This document shows positions 19,124 to 28,554 of a DNA stretch of 64,000 nt, in pieces (the stretch's first letter is position 1; every line of letters starts with the position of its first letter). Made by a program: the position numbers and the translations under genes. The stretch lies in assembly GCA_031271905.1 (NCBI GenBank), contig JAISUT010000047.1, forward strand, positions 26,350 to 90,349. The letters run 5' to 3'. The notes below the pieces were generated by a model that saw only the letters and a list, made by a program, of their open reading frames with translations, ran no database searches and was not told where the DNA came from. This DNA comes from Acidobacteriota bacterium. GTDB lineage: Bacteria; Acidobacteriota; UBA6911.

Positions 19124-20173
19124 ATGAGAATCGTCAGGTTGCGCAAAGGATTGTCGGAGGCGGAAAAGGCCGTCGCGGTGTCGCGGATACAGGAGCTGTC
19201 CCCCGGCGCGAGGGTCATCGGCGCGGGCGGGGACGCCCCGTGCTTCGTCCGCGTCGAGCCGAAGGGGGTGGACGCCGCCGCAGTTCCGGCGGAGGAGTTC
19301 ACGCGCCTGGAAAACGTGCAGGACGTGATAGACGACGCGCCGGAGTACGCCCTCGGTTCGCGCCGCCTCCGCCCGGAGGACACTGCGGTCGCCGTCGGCG
19401 GCGGCGCGGAGGGCGCGGTCGTCATCGGCGGCGGGCGCCCCCCCGTCGTCATCGCGGGGCCATGCGCCGTCGAAGGCTACGACCAGATGGCGCGCGTCGC
19501 CGAAAGGCTCGCGGCGTTGGGGGTGCGCCTCATGCGGGCGGGGGCGTACAAGCCGCGCACCAGCCCCTACGCCTTCCAGGGTTTGAAAAAGCAGGGGCTG
19601 GAGATCATGGCGCGCGTCAAGCGCGAGTTCGGGATGAAGATGGTGACCGAGGTCATGAGCGGCGACAGGATAGACGAGGTCGCCGAGGTCGCCGACGTCC
19701 TGCAAGTCGGCTCGCGCAACATGTTCCACTACGCGATGCTGCAAGAGCTGGGGAGGCAGCCCAAGCCCGTCTTGCTCAAGCGGGGCATGGCGGCGGGGAT
19801 GCACGAGTTCCTGCTCGCCGCCGAGTACGTCCTGGCCGGCGGCAACCGCAACGTGATCCTGTGCGAGCGCGGCATCAAGACCTTCGAGACCGCCACGCGC
19901 AACACCCTCGACCTGAACGTGGTGCCTCACGTGAAGCAGAAGTCGCACCTGCCGATCCTCGTGGATCCGTCGCACGGGACGGGGTTGCGCCCCCTGGTCG
20001 CCCCCATGTCGCTCGCCGCGCTGGCATGCGGCGCGGACGGGCTGCTCATCGAGGTTCACGACCGCCCGGAGGAGGCGGTGTCCGACGGCGAGCAGTCCAT
20101 CACCCCCGTCGAGCTGGCGGCGTTGCTGGATGCGGTGCGCGGCGCAGCCGCCCCCGCCCGGGACGCGGCTTGA
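19124..20173 (+). CDS. 3-deoxy-7-phosphoheptulonate (DAHP) synthase, type I-beta, with an N-terminal ferredoxin-like regulatory domain
   Basis: C-terminal 250 aa match the AroG/KDO8PS-type TIM barrel (...KPRTSPY...LVDPSHGTG...). The ~95-aa N-terminal extension resembles the Thermotoga-type regulatory domain. Confidence 0.8.
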   Translation: MRIVRLRKGLSEAEKAVAVSRIQELSPGARVIGAGGDAPCFVRVEPKGVDAAAVPAEEFTRLENVQDVIDDAPEYALGSRRLRPEDTAVAVGGGAEGAVVIGGGRPPVVIAGPCAVEGYDQMARVAERLAALGVRLMRAGAYKPRTSPYAFQGLKKQGLEIMARVKREFGMKMVTEVMSGDRIDEVAEVADVLQVGSRNMFHYAMLQELGRQPKPVLLKRGMAAGMHEFLLAAEYVLAGGNRNVILCERGIKTFETATRNTLDLNVVPHVKQKSHLPILVDPSHGTGLRPLVAPMSLAALACGADGLLIEVHDRPEEAVSDGEQSITPVELAALLDAVRGAAAPARDAA

Positions 20174-20209
20174 GCAAAGCAGGAAATAATTTCAAAGAAT
20201 CTTTCGAAA

Positions 20210-20225
20210 TGTGACCCTGGTCACA
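20210..20225. promoter_or_regulatory. CRP/FNR-type palindrome TGTGACCCTGGTCACA (identical to the 18954 site), upstream of the DUF2292-like and pilin genes
   Basis: Identical 16-mer, with GGAAATAATTTC 17 bp upstream and an AT-rich tract downstream. Confidence 0.5.
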
Positions 20226-20410
20226 ACGGGGCTTCGGAGACGATGTAGAATATGCCTCGAATGTTTGGCTAGGCTAAAACAATTAAACAAGGCTTTTTAT
20301 TTTAGATCGATTCAAACATTGGCCCCGTGGCGAGGCGGAGCGGCCGGAGCGTCGGCGAAAAGGAACGCGGGCCGGGTCGAGCCGGGGGCGGAACGGGAAC
20401 AGGTTCGGTC

Positions 20411-20626
20411 ATGGGGATGGCGGCTACGGCGACGAACAGGGACGTGCTGGAGATGTTCTCCCGGCTCTACCAGGAGGTTTTCGAGCATGACGGCTACGGG
20501 AACATCCAGGTGGAGATGCGCATCCTGCACCGGGGGCAGAAGGAGGTCATCATCCACTGCGGCAAGCAGTACAGGTTCGTGGTCGATTACGCCAACCCGG
20601 GCGTGAGACAGCCGCAACCTTCATAA
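20411..20626 (+). CDS. small YezD/DUF2292-like protein
   Basis: 71 aa ending ...DGYGNIQVEMRILHRGQKEVIIHCGKQYRF..., resembling the YG-I-V-Q-G-V-IE-EK-R pattern of DUF2292. Sits downstream of a CRP-type palindrome and an AT-rich promoter-like tract. Confidence 0.3.
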   Translation: MGMAATATNRDVLEMFSRLYQEVFEHDGYGNIQVEMRILHRGQKEVIIHCGKQYRFVVDYANPGVRQPQPS

Positions 20627-20870
20627 CCGAAAGTGGTTTTAGCCGCGTGCGGAGAGGGTCCGGCGCGGCGGCCTCCGCCGCGCGCCACAGTCGGCGTGGC
20701 GGAGGAGCAAGGGACGCCGGGACGGAGGGAGTCCGCCCCGGCGCGCCGGCACGGCTTGCTTGCCATGCCGGCGCGGAAACGAAGCAGTGAGGCAGACAAC
20801 TCCGAAGCGGCGGCCACTTGGGGAGGGGCGTCGCGGGGAAACGACAATTGAACGAAAGGAACCTGAGAAC

Positions 20871-21890
20871 ATGAAATCTCTGAAAAGCGTTTTGAAAGAC
20901 AGCGTGATTATGGGCCAGAAGGGGTTCACCCTCCTCGAACTCCTAGTGGTCGTCGCCATCCTGGCGGCCATCGCCGGCACCGCGGCCATCGCCTTGCAGG
21001 ACACCGACGCGCGCGCGTCCGCAGCGGCGCACGTCGCCATGATGGACGAGCTCAACAAGGGCGTGGCGACCTACCGCGTCCTGCACAAGAACGTCTACCC
21101 CGACAACTTCGACTCGTTGGCGTATGTGAATGACGCCAGCACCGATACTGCGGTAAATGGCGTGCTGTTACCACAAGAGGATGACGCCTCCGCTGGTGCC
21201 AATGGCGACATCCTTGGTTTTTCTGTAGATGACATTGCGCTGGGCACACTGATTGCTGGCGCTGAAGATTCTTTAGCGGATATCGGCATCACCAAGTTGC
21301 GCTATGTCAATGCCGCTTTTGACAACACCGATCTTCCCGAACTTACTCCGACTGAGAATTGCGACCCTGCTGGTGGCGCACTTCAGAAAGTCATCTCCAG
21401 CCGACGGAACAATATTGTCGCTGGGAATATCTTCAACGGTCCCGCCGCCAATGGGTGCGGTGCAAGTTTGGATATTGTTGCCGGTGCACAGGTTGCGTAT
21501 TGGGTCGGATCACTTGAACGTGTACTTGGCCCCGGTGAATATGGCGATGCCGCATTTTCTGGAACGGCCATGGCCTCAAATTCCAGTGTCCCGGCTGGTG
21601 TCACTGCACCTATTCTTATGGCGGTTGGTTTCGGTCCTGCCTCCGACCTGTTCAAGCCTGAGATCCTGGGCAGCATGACTTCCGTTCCCGTGTACCGTCA
21701 TGTCCGCGAAGACCAGTACAATCGTTTCATTGGGCTCTTCCGTGTCGGTGAAGCAACGACTACGGGGTCGGATGTTTGGGCGGCACCCACCACGACCGAG
21801 CAGGTGCTGTTCGTCGGCGTGGTCGATGGCGCCGGCGACACCAAGGAGGAAGAGCTGGGCGAATGGGACGGCACCCGCAGCACCATCTAA
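20871..21890 (+). CDS. prepilin-type N-terminal cleavage/methylation domain protein (pilin-like, 339 aa) with an unusually long 18-aa leader
   Basis: MKSLKSVLKDSVIMGQKG|FTLLELLVVVAILAAIAG: class III signal with the G/FTLLE motif. AAAGGAAC RBS. A strong terminator follows the gene. Confidence 0.75.
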   Translation: MKSLKSVLKDSVIMGQKGFTLLELLVVVAILAAIAGTAAIALQDTDARASAAAHVAMMDELNKGVATYRVLHKNVYPDNFDSLAYVNDASTDTAVNGVLLPQEDDASAGANGDILGFSVDDIALGTLIAGAEDSLADIGITKLRYVNAAFDNTDLPELTPTENCDPAGGALQKVISSRRNNIVAGNIFNGPAANGCGASLDIVAGAQVAYWVGSLERVLGPGEYGDAAFSGTAMASNSSVPAGVTAPILMAVGFGPASDLFKPEILGSMTSVPVYRHVREDQYNRFIGLFRVGEATTTGSDVWAAPTTTEQVLFVGVVDGAGDTKEEELGEWDGTRSTI

Positions 21891-21916
21891 CCCACCATCG
21901 ACGCAACCTCCAACAC

Positions 21917-21985
21917 GGGGCGGCTATGGCCTAGCCGCCCCGCCCCACCGCGCGGCCGGCTCCCATCGCCGGCCGCGCCTTTTTC
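21917..21985 (+). terminator. tandem hairpin intrinsic terminator downstream of the pilin gene
   Basis: Hairpin GGGGCGGCTA-tggcc-TAGCCGCCCC, then GCGCGGCCGGC-tcccatc-GCCGGCCGCGC followed by CTTTTT. Confidence 0.7.
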
Positions 21986-22102
21986 ACAAGTCCGCAACGC
22001 CGGCCCCGCCCCTTCGTCCATCCGCGTTTTGGGAAGCAGCCGCAATCAAAGACGATGAGTTGGAATGGACGGAGGACGCCGTGACAGCCAAGGATGAACT
22101 GT

Positions 22103-23029
22103 TTACGGGACGGCGGTCGATGGCGGCGTCGCAGTCCACGACGCACACACACTGCTATGCAACCGCAACGCCTCCCTCATCTTCCCCGCCAGCCTCTCGG
22201 AAACCTCGGACGGATGCGAAACCATCAGCATGTGGTCGTTGAAATCAAACACGACCAATTCCTTATGCGGCGCGCGCAGGCGTTCGAACACCAAGCGGGT
22301 ATAGTCGGCGGTGAACAACTTGTCGCCGCTGTCGGCGACGACGTAGACCGGGCACCGGACGCTGCCGTCCGTCAGTCCGGGGAACTCCGTGGTGAACAGG
22401 CTGCCCAAGAAATGCAGGGGGTAGCGGGTCAGGCACAGCGGGTCGCCGCCCACCTTGTCCCATATCTCCCGCGACGTGCTGATACGTTCGCGTTTCATAT
22501 AAAAATCCAGCGGCAGCGCCAAATCCGGCAATATCCGGGCGCAGAACTTGAACACGCCCCGCGTCGGACGGTATAGATGGCGCAACCACCTTGGGAAGCG
22601 CGACACATAGATCGACTGCGGGAGCTCCGTCAGGAGGAGGTTGTGGGGGAACGCCGCCGCCAGACGCCCGTCCTCCGCAGCCAGCACCGCCGCCACGACG
22701 CCGCCTTGGCTGGAGCCGAACGCGATCACGGGCAGTCCGAACCGCTCCAGCGCGAACGTGACCGCGTCGCGCCCGTTCCCCACAATATCGCGTATCGTGT
22801 AGCGCTTGACCTCGCGCGGGCTTTTGCCGTGCCCCACCGGATGCAGTCCGACGACGGCGAAGCCGCGTTCCGCGAAGCCGTGGAGCAACGCCTCGTAAAA
22901 CAGGGGGTGGACCATCGTCGCCGGGACGAACATGATCGCCGCCTCCGGCGCCGCCGACGCCCAGACCGACAGGACGACACGGGCGCCGCCCGATGTTATT
23001 TCGTGCTCCGTGTAAGAAACAGCCATGCC
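22103..23029 (-). CDS. alpha/beta-hydrolase fold esterase/lipase
   Basis: 308 aa. Nucleophile elbow GSSQGG, upstream HG oxyanion region, and a C-terminal D...H pair. Confidence 0.75.
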   Translation of the reverse strand, partial: GMAVSYTEHEITSGGARVVLSVWASAAPEAAIMFVPATMVHPLFYEALLHGFAERGFAVVGLHPVGHGKSPREVKRYTIRDIVGNGRDAVTFALERFGLPVIAFGSSQGGVVAAVLAAEDGRLAAAFPHNLLLTELPQSIYVSRFPRWLRHLYRPTRGVFKFCARILPDLALPLDFYMKRERISTSREIWDKVGGDPLCLTRYPLHFLGSLFTTEFPGLTDGSVRCPVYVVADSGDKLFTADYTRLVFERLRAPHKELVVFDFNDHMLMVSHPSEVSERLAGKMREALRLHSSVCASWTATPPSTAVP

Positions 23030-23237
23030 CCCCTCGCACCGTCGGTCGGCGACCTGCGGACTTCGACCAGTTCCGCGCATCGTTGCAACATCCTGGCGGG
23101 GAACCGCCGCGTCCGGGCGACGAGATCGAATAACCCGCCCGCGCGGCGGCGGCGAACGCCGCTTCCAAAAGCCGGCATCCCCCCGCAGTTACATTTCCAG
23201 CGAAAAGCCGGAGTATACCGGGAACGGGCCGCGACAT

Positions 23238-23253
23238 TGTGACCGAGGTCACA
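23238..23253. promoter_or_regulatory. CRP/FNR-type palindrome TGTGACCGAGGTCACA in the esterase/pilus-cluster intergenic region
   Basis: Perfect 16-bp palindrome. Confidence 0.45.
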
Positions 23254-23471
23254 ACCGCAAAAACAACCGGCTCGCCATCGGACGCCGCCATGCGGGATCG
23301 TGCGGCGCATATCGCTTCGCGGGGATGGGAGGGCTTTCGCCGACGCCGCGCCCTGCCGGGTTCGCACTCTGACAGACGCCCGGGCGGCAACGGATCCGAC
23401 GCATCCAAGGCTCACGCCTGCGCATGGTGGAACCCGGCGGGGCGCCCCCGGTGGAAATAATTTTCCCGAAC

Positions 23472-23487
23472 TGTGACCTCAGTCACA
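23472..23487. promoter_or_regulatory. CRP/FNR-type site TGTGACCTCAGTCACA, 135 bp upstream of the first plus-strand pilus-cluster gene
   Basis: TGTGA-N6-TCACA, with GGAAATAATTTTC upstream and TAGGCTAAATATT downstream. Confidence 0.5.
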
Positions 23488-23622
23488 TCGGACGCGCGGG
23501 GACGGGATAAAATGCCACCTTAAATTCGGAGAGACGAATTTGATTAGCATAGGCTAAATATTCGCCCGCCGCATGGGGCGGCGGCGGACAGAGGCCGCAA
23601 AGGACGGACTTCGGGGGCGACG

Positions 23623-23925
23623 ATGGACAGGAAGACGATGCTGGGGGGGCTGTTTTTCGGAATGCTGTTGTTCACCGGATGCGGGGAGTCGCCGGACGTC
23701 CCGGCGATGAAGGAGGGGTTGGTGAGATCGGGGATGCCCGAGGACGAGGCGGACTGCTTCGCGGAGAAGCTGGGCGACACGGTGGCTGGCGAAGCCTACA
23801 ACTACATGTCCGCCCTCATGGGCGAAGGGGTGGACGAGAAAGACGCCATCACCAAGGCTCGCCGGAAATACGGCGCCGAATTCCGCTCGGGCGTGACCGA
23901 GGCGCGCAAGGCATGCGCGGAATAG
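23623..23925 (+). CDS. small lipoprotein of unknown function
   Basis: Signal peptide plus lipobox (LLFTGC); 100 aa. First gene of the plus-strand pilus/T2SS cluster, after the CRP-type sites. Confidence 0.4.
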   Translation: MDRKTMLGGLFFGMLLFTGCGESPDVPAMKEGLVRSGMPEDEADCFAEKLGDTVAGEAYNYMSALMGEGVDEKDAITKARRKYGAEFRSGVTEARKACAE

Positions 23926-23961
23926 CCTCCTGGCGCAGGCGTCAGACAAGGAGGATGCCCC

Positions 23962-24774
23962 ATGCCCAAAGCACGGCGTTTTAAAACCCGGGAGCCGGGA
24001 ACCGGAACCGATTCCGGCTTCTCCCTGTTGGAGCTGCTGGTGGTCGCATCCATCCTGGTGGCGACCTCCGTCATCGCCGCCGCGACGTTCGGGGGCATCC
24101 GCCGCCACACCGACGGGCGGCTGGCGCATGCGGAGATGCAGGAGATCGCCGCCGCCATCCGGCGTTTCAAACAGGACACCGGTTATTATCCCAAGACAGG
24201 GCCGTTCGATTTGGAGACAAATGGCGGGAACGTGCCCTTGGCGGCGCTCCCCTCCTATGCCGGGACGACCGATGCGGAGAAAGAAGCGTGGTTTTACTCG
24301 CCAGCGAACTTCTGGCAGCTCATCACCACCCAAAGCCCCCTCATAGACCCCGGGTCGGAGGAGGGGGGGCATCCGCTGGCGAAGTGGGCTCCGGCGACAG
24401 GACGGGGTTGGCGCGGCCCGTATCTCAGCGGCCACAGAGACGGGTATCTGACCATCGGCGCGGGCGTCAACAGCTCCGCCCCGTCCCCGGCGCAGGGGGA
24501 GCGGACCGGCGATCCCGGCGCAGGCGACAAGATTCACGACGTCGCCGGCATCGCCGACCCGTTTGAACACAGCGGCGTCGGCGGTTTTCTGGAATGGAGC
24601 AGCCGGGAATGGGGCGGCCGGGGAGAGGGCGCAGCCCCCCCCGCATCGCATCCGGTGTGGGGACGGCCCTACCTCGTCTTTGGCTGGGACGCCGCCCACC
24701 CCACGCTCGTCAGCATGGGCCCGAACGGAGATTACGAGTACGGAGACGGAGACGACATTGAATTGGAGATTTGA
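23962..24774 (+). CDS. prepilin-type N-terminal cleavage/methylation domain protein (pseudopilin-like, 270 aa) with a long leader
   Basis: MPKARRFKTREPGTGTDSG|FSLLELLVVASILV... Confidence 0.7.
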   Translation: MPKARRFKTREPGTGTDSGFSLLELLVVASILVATSVIAAATFGGIRRHTDGRLAHAEMQEIAAAIRRFKQDTGYYPKTGPFDLETNGGNVPLAALPSYAGTTDAEKEAWFYSPANFWQLITTQSPLIDPGSEEGGHPLAKWAPATGRGWRGPYLSGHRDGYLTIGAGVNSSAPSPAQGERTGDPGAGDKIHDVAGIADPFEHSGVGGFLEWSSREWGGRGEGAAPPASHPVWGRPYLVFGWDAAHPTLVSMGPNGDYEYGDGDDIELEI

Positions 24775-24781
24775 CAGGCGC

Positions 24782-25360
24782 ATGAAGATCATCACGGGGG
24801 TGCTCGCGGCGCTCGCGGTCTGCGCGGCATCGTCACCGCCGCCCCTCAAGTCGCAGACGGGGGCGGGGGCGCGGGAGGAACCGTCGGGTGCGAAAGCGCC
24901 GGGCTCGGCGAAGCATGCCGAGCCGTTTTTCAAGGACATCGACCTCGACCGGTTCATCGAAAAAGAAAAGGCGACGGTCGCGCATGCGGGCAAGAAGTTG
25001 ATCGCCCGCGACGCGCCCATCCGCTTCGAGGCGACGATGAAACGCATCCCGGAAAAAAAGAAGATGGCGTACATCTACACGGCGATGAGCGCCGCAGGGG
25101 TGTCACCCCTGCCGGAAGTCGAACACCGGATGTTCATCGAGACCAAGGGGCGGCGGATCATCTCGGTGTATGTGGAGAAAGGGGTTGCGGCACGAATACC
25201 GGGCGGTTTGAAGGAAGGCGCGGCGGCTCAGTTCTTCGGCTACCACGTCTACAGCTATGACAAGGGTCCGGCGATCATGGTCGTGGATTTCTCCCCCGCC
25301 TCGGCCACGTCGAAGCCGAAAGCGGCGACGGGGGGGGCGACGAAGAAGAAACGCAAGTAG
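24782..25360 (+). CDS. exported protein of unknown function within the pilus/T2SS cluster
   Basis: Signal peptide MKIITGVLAALAVCAASS; 192 aa with a Lys-rich C-terminus. Confidence 0.45.
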   Translation: MKIITGVLAALAVCAASSPPPLKSQTGAGAREEPSGAKAPGSAKHAEPFFKDIDLDRFIEKEKATVAHAGKKLIARDAPIRFEATMKRIPEKKKMAYIYTAMSAAGVSPLPEVEHRMFIETKGRRIISVYVEKGVAARIPGGLKEGAAAQFFGYHVYSYDKGPAIMVVDFSPASATSKPKAATGGATKKKRK

Positions 25361-25371
25361 GGCGGGGGCAC

Positions 25372-26544
25372 ATGCGCATACAAGGTTATCGGGGCATCGG
25401 GGACTGCGAACCGGGGACCGACGACGGCTTCACGCTGCTGGAGCTGTTGGTGGCGGTGGTGTTGTTGTCCGCCATGGCGTGGATGACGCTCGGCCTGGTC
25501 GCCGACGACGTCAACCAGGCGCGCTACGAGGACACGCGCAACCGCCTCCGCGCCATCCGCGCAGCCGTGCTGGGCTCGCCCGCGCTCATGGAGAACGGAC
25601 TCGTCGGCGGTTTCGTCGCCGACAACGGCAGGCTGCCTTCGAGCATCGCCGAGCTGTCGGGCGTCGCGGAGGCCTTGGAGCCTTTCGGCCCCAAGGCCCC
25701 CGTATTCGATCCGACCCCCGACGCCAAGGGCTTCGACAACGGCGACGAACCAGGCGAAGAAGAAGCGGACAAGGTGGTCGAATTGGGCGGCGCGCGGCAA
25801 CTGCTGATGAAGGGGCATCGCGGCTTCTACCTGGACGGCGGCGCATACCGCGACGGCTGGGGCAACCGGTCCAGCTTCATTTCACCCGGCGTGTCGTGCC
25901 CGAGCCCGCCGGGCGTGGCATTCTCGGATGATGACGGCCATGAGAGCGACGACGGCGATGACAACTACGGGTGGTGCGTGACGCGCAAGAAAACCGACGA
26001 CGACGGCTACACGGAGCTTTACGTCGCCAGCTACGGCATGGACGGCGTCGAAGGCACGACGACCTGCGAAGAGGGCGACGCCACGCCGGTATGCGCCTAT
26101 GAGGAAGACGCCCAGATGTCGCCGCCGATCCTGGAAGCCGACTGGCGGACGCCCGTCCCAAGCATCGAAGTCTCGGTCGTCAGCCGCGGGGGGGGCGGCA
26201 TCCCTTCGAGCGACACCCCCTGGGGCGTCGCCCTGCTCGTCTATGTCAGCGACGCCGGCGACGACGATTCGAAACCGCCGCCCGGGCGGTGGCGGCAGTG
26301 GTTCTCCGACACCGCATCGACCGCAGCCCACTGCGCAGACGGCAGGTGCGATTTCGATTTTGTCTTCGCCGGCGGCGAGACGTCCCCGATTCCGCAAATC
26401 CCCATGGGGGAGCACCTGCTGGCGCTGTTCGAGGTCGATGGCGCCGCCAAGGCGTTGGTCAAGGACGGGGACGAATACGTCACGGCGCGGGTGAAGTTCT
26501 TCCCGCGCGGCGGCGTGCCGACGGCGAGGTTGGCGATACAGTAG
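25372..26544 (+). CDS. prepilin-type N-terminal cleavage/methylation domain protein (large pseudopilin-like, 390 aa) with a long leader
   Basis: MRIQGYRGIGDCEPGTDDG|FTLLELLVAVVLLSAMAW... Confidence 0.7.
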   Translation: MRIQGYRGIGDCEPGTDDGFTLLELLVAVVLLSAMAWMTLGLVADDVNQARYEDTRNRLRAIRAAVLGSPALMENGLVGGFVADNGRLPSSIAELSGVAEALEPFGPKAPVFDPTPDAKGFDNGDEPGEEEADKVVELGGARQLLMKGHRGFYLDGGAYRDGWGNRSSFISPGVSCPSPPGVAFSDDDGHESDDGDDNYGWCVTRKKTDDDGYTELYVASYGMDGVEGTTTCEEGDATPVCAYEEDAQMSPPILEADWRTPVPSIEVSVVSRGGGGIPSSDTPWGVALLVYVSDAGDDDSKPPPGRWRQWFSDTASTAAHCADGRCDFDFVFAGGETSPIPQIPMGEHLLALFEVDGAAKALVKDGDEYVTARVKFFPRGGVPTARLAIQ

Positions 26545-26562
26545 GATGGATTCCCCGAGCCC

Positions 26563-28431
26563 ATGCCACATCCCGGGCGGAGAGGGTTCGCCGGACGACA
26601 GGTGCGCGACTTGGACAGCAAGAAGAAATCGAGATTCCCCGCCCTGGGTTTGGGGCGACCGTCACGGACGCTGGTCTTCGAAACCACCGGTTGCGCCCTG
26701 TACGGCCTAGTCGCCACCCGGGGACGCGCCGCCGACCCGGAGTTCAGCCCGGTCGCCGTCTCGCGGGAGGTCGATTTCGAAAAGGCCGTCGCCGAGGTGC
26801 GCGAACGCCTCGCGGCGGCGACCGGGAGGCGGCTGCCGAAGACGGCGGTGCTGGTCACCCCGTCCGCCGTCGGAACCTTGACCAGCCTGCCGGTGAGTCC
26901 GCAAAAGCCCCGGCCGCGCGAGCAGATGAAGGAGCTGGTCCGTTGGGAGTTGCAAGACCTGTTCGCCCGGCAGGATTTGGCATGGTCGCTGGGCGCGCTC
27001 CTGGTGGGGCGCGGATACCTGACGCCCGACGAGCGCGCCGAACTGGAGGCGGATGGCAACCGGGGCGGCGCCGAGCTTTACGCCGGGATGGCGACGCGGG
27101 CGCAGCTCGACGAATGCCGCGCGTTGCAAGAGGCGTTGCTGTCCGGCGAAGGGGCGGAAGAGGACGACATCGCCGCCGCATGGGTGGCGCAAGCCGCCGC
27201 CGAGGAGACCGGCCCGTTCACCTGGCATGTCGCCGGCATCGGCGACGCCCTGCGCCGTCGCTGGGTGCGCGCATTCAAAAAAAACGGCATCTCCTGCTCC
27301 GTCATCTACCCGCAACTGGGGGCGGCCATCCCCCTGGCGGGCGCGGGCGCCGGAGACGACGAGGGATGGCTGCTGGCGGACGTCCGGCAGGAACAGTTCG
27401 GCATGTTCCATGGCGAGGGCGGGAGGCTGGTGTCGGCGGCGACCAAGGCGTGCGCGGGCGGCGTCTTCGACCCGCTTGCCGCCGCCGAAGCCGCCCGCCG
27501 CCCGCTCCGCTCCGGTGTGCGCAAGGTCTATTGCGCGGCGGAGGACGGACAGGCGGATGCGTTGCGCGCCGCGCTGGAAGACGCCGACCCCGGCGGCACC
27601 GTCGAATTCATCCGGTTCCTGCACGCCCCGGGGCTCGGCGCGGACGGGGGCGGTTGCCCGGTCGCCGTGTTCGCATCGTTGCGCGGCGCGGCGATGCGCG
27701 CCTTGGCGGGCAGGGCGAAGACGGCGGCGGCGCCCGCCGGCATCTCCGCCTCCCCGCCACGCCCCCCCGCATGGAAGGACCGGAACCTTTGGCCCTGGGC
27801 AGCCATCGCGCTCCTGGCGCTGGGATTCGCCGGTTTAGACACTTGGATGCGATCCGAGGCGAAAAGGCTCGACTGGGAGAAAGAGAAGCTCGATATCGAG
27901 AGAGACCGCCGCCAGCGGGTGATCCGCGAGACGCAGGGCGTAAACGCGGAATCACGCCGCCTGGCGGCGGAACTGGCGGCGGTGGAGGCGGAATTGCGGA
28001 TGGAGCAAAGCCTCCGCGAATTCCGCGACACGGTGGTGGCGGAGAGGTTGGACTTCGCGCCGGAGGCGTTGAAAACCATAGCGGAGGCCGTCACGGACGA
28101 CATCGTGCTGACGAAGATCGAGGAAGGGGACAACGGCGCCGGCTTCGCCTTGAGCGGCAACGCCGCCCGCGACACCGCCGGGTTGCAATTCAGCAAACGC
28201 CTGACCGACGCCTTCGCCCCCTGGGGTTATCGCGTGGACGACATGCAGATAGACCGCACCGGAGCAACCGGGCAGGTGGGGGGATTCTCCTTCCGCCTGC
28301 TGTTGGCCAAGCCACCGCAAAAGGCGGCCGCACCCGAAGCCGCGACCGGCGCCGCCGAAAGCGAGACGGCGGGGAAAGGCGGGGGCGCGGAAGGCGAGAC
28401 GAAGGAGCCGGCGAAGAAGGGGGGGCTCTAA
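26563..28431 (+). CDS. PilM-like cytoplasmic actin-fold domain fused to a PilN-like TM/periplasmic domain (assembly platform protein)
   Basis: The N-terminal ~350 aa resemble PilM/GspL-cyto. One TM helix (LWPWAAIALLALGFAG) is followed by a coiled-coil and a PilN-like periplasmic domain. The stop codon lies inside a repeat element. Confidence 0.55.
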   Translation: MPHPGRRGFAGRQVRDLDSKKKSRFPALGLGRPSRTLVFETTGCALYGLVATRGRAADPEFSPVAVSREVDFEKAVAEVRERLAAATGRRLPKTAVLVTPSAVGTLTSLPVSPQKPRPREQMKELVRWELQDLFARQDLAWSLGALLVGRGYLTPDERAELEADGNRGGAELYAGMATRAQLDECRALQEALLSGEGAEEDDIAAAWVAQAAAEETGPFTWHVAGIGDALRRRWVRAFKKNGISCSVIYPQLGAAIPLAGAGAGDDEGWLLADVRQEQFGMFHGEGGRLVSAATKACAGGVFDPLAAAEAARRPLRSGVRKVYCAAEDGQADALRAALEDADPGGTVEFIRFLHAPGLGADGGGCPVAVFASLRGAAMRALAGRAKTAAAPAGISASPPRPPAWKDRNLWPWAAIALLALGFAGLDTWMRSEAKRLDWEKEKLDIERDRRQRVIRETQGVNAESRRLAAELAAVEAELRMEQSLREFRDTVVAERLDFAPEALKTIAEAVTDDIVLTKIEEGDNGAGFALSGNAARDTAGLQFSKRLTDAFAPWGYRVDDMQIDRTGATGQVGGFSFRLLLAKPPQKAAAPEAATGAAESETAGKGGGAEGETKEPAKKGGL

Positions 28432-28540
28432 AAAGCCCGCAGACAAGGCGTCGCAGCAGGTCGGAAAGCGGAGTCTACTGCGGCGAACGAGTATTTCGAC
28501 CAAGGCGCAACGCAGCATCCGGGGTTTTCAGAGGTTTCCC
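28421..28540 (+). repeat. copy B of a ~120-bp interspersed palindromic element (MITE/REP-like)
   Basis: GGGGGCTCTAAAAAGCCCGCAGACAAGGCGTCGC...CAAGGCGCAACGCAGCATCCGGGGTTTTCAGAGGTTTCCC, bounded by terminal inverted repeats. Confidence 0.85.
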
Positions 28541-28554
28541 AAGGGGGATGGACG

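Noticed and set aside
23554-25074. 506-aa minus-strand ORF across the start of the pilus cluster
   Set aside because: Overlaps plus-strand genes that have signal peptides and prepilin motifs and that continue the plus-strand operon. No motifs or RBS.
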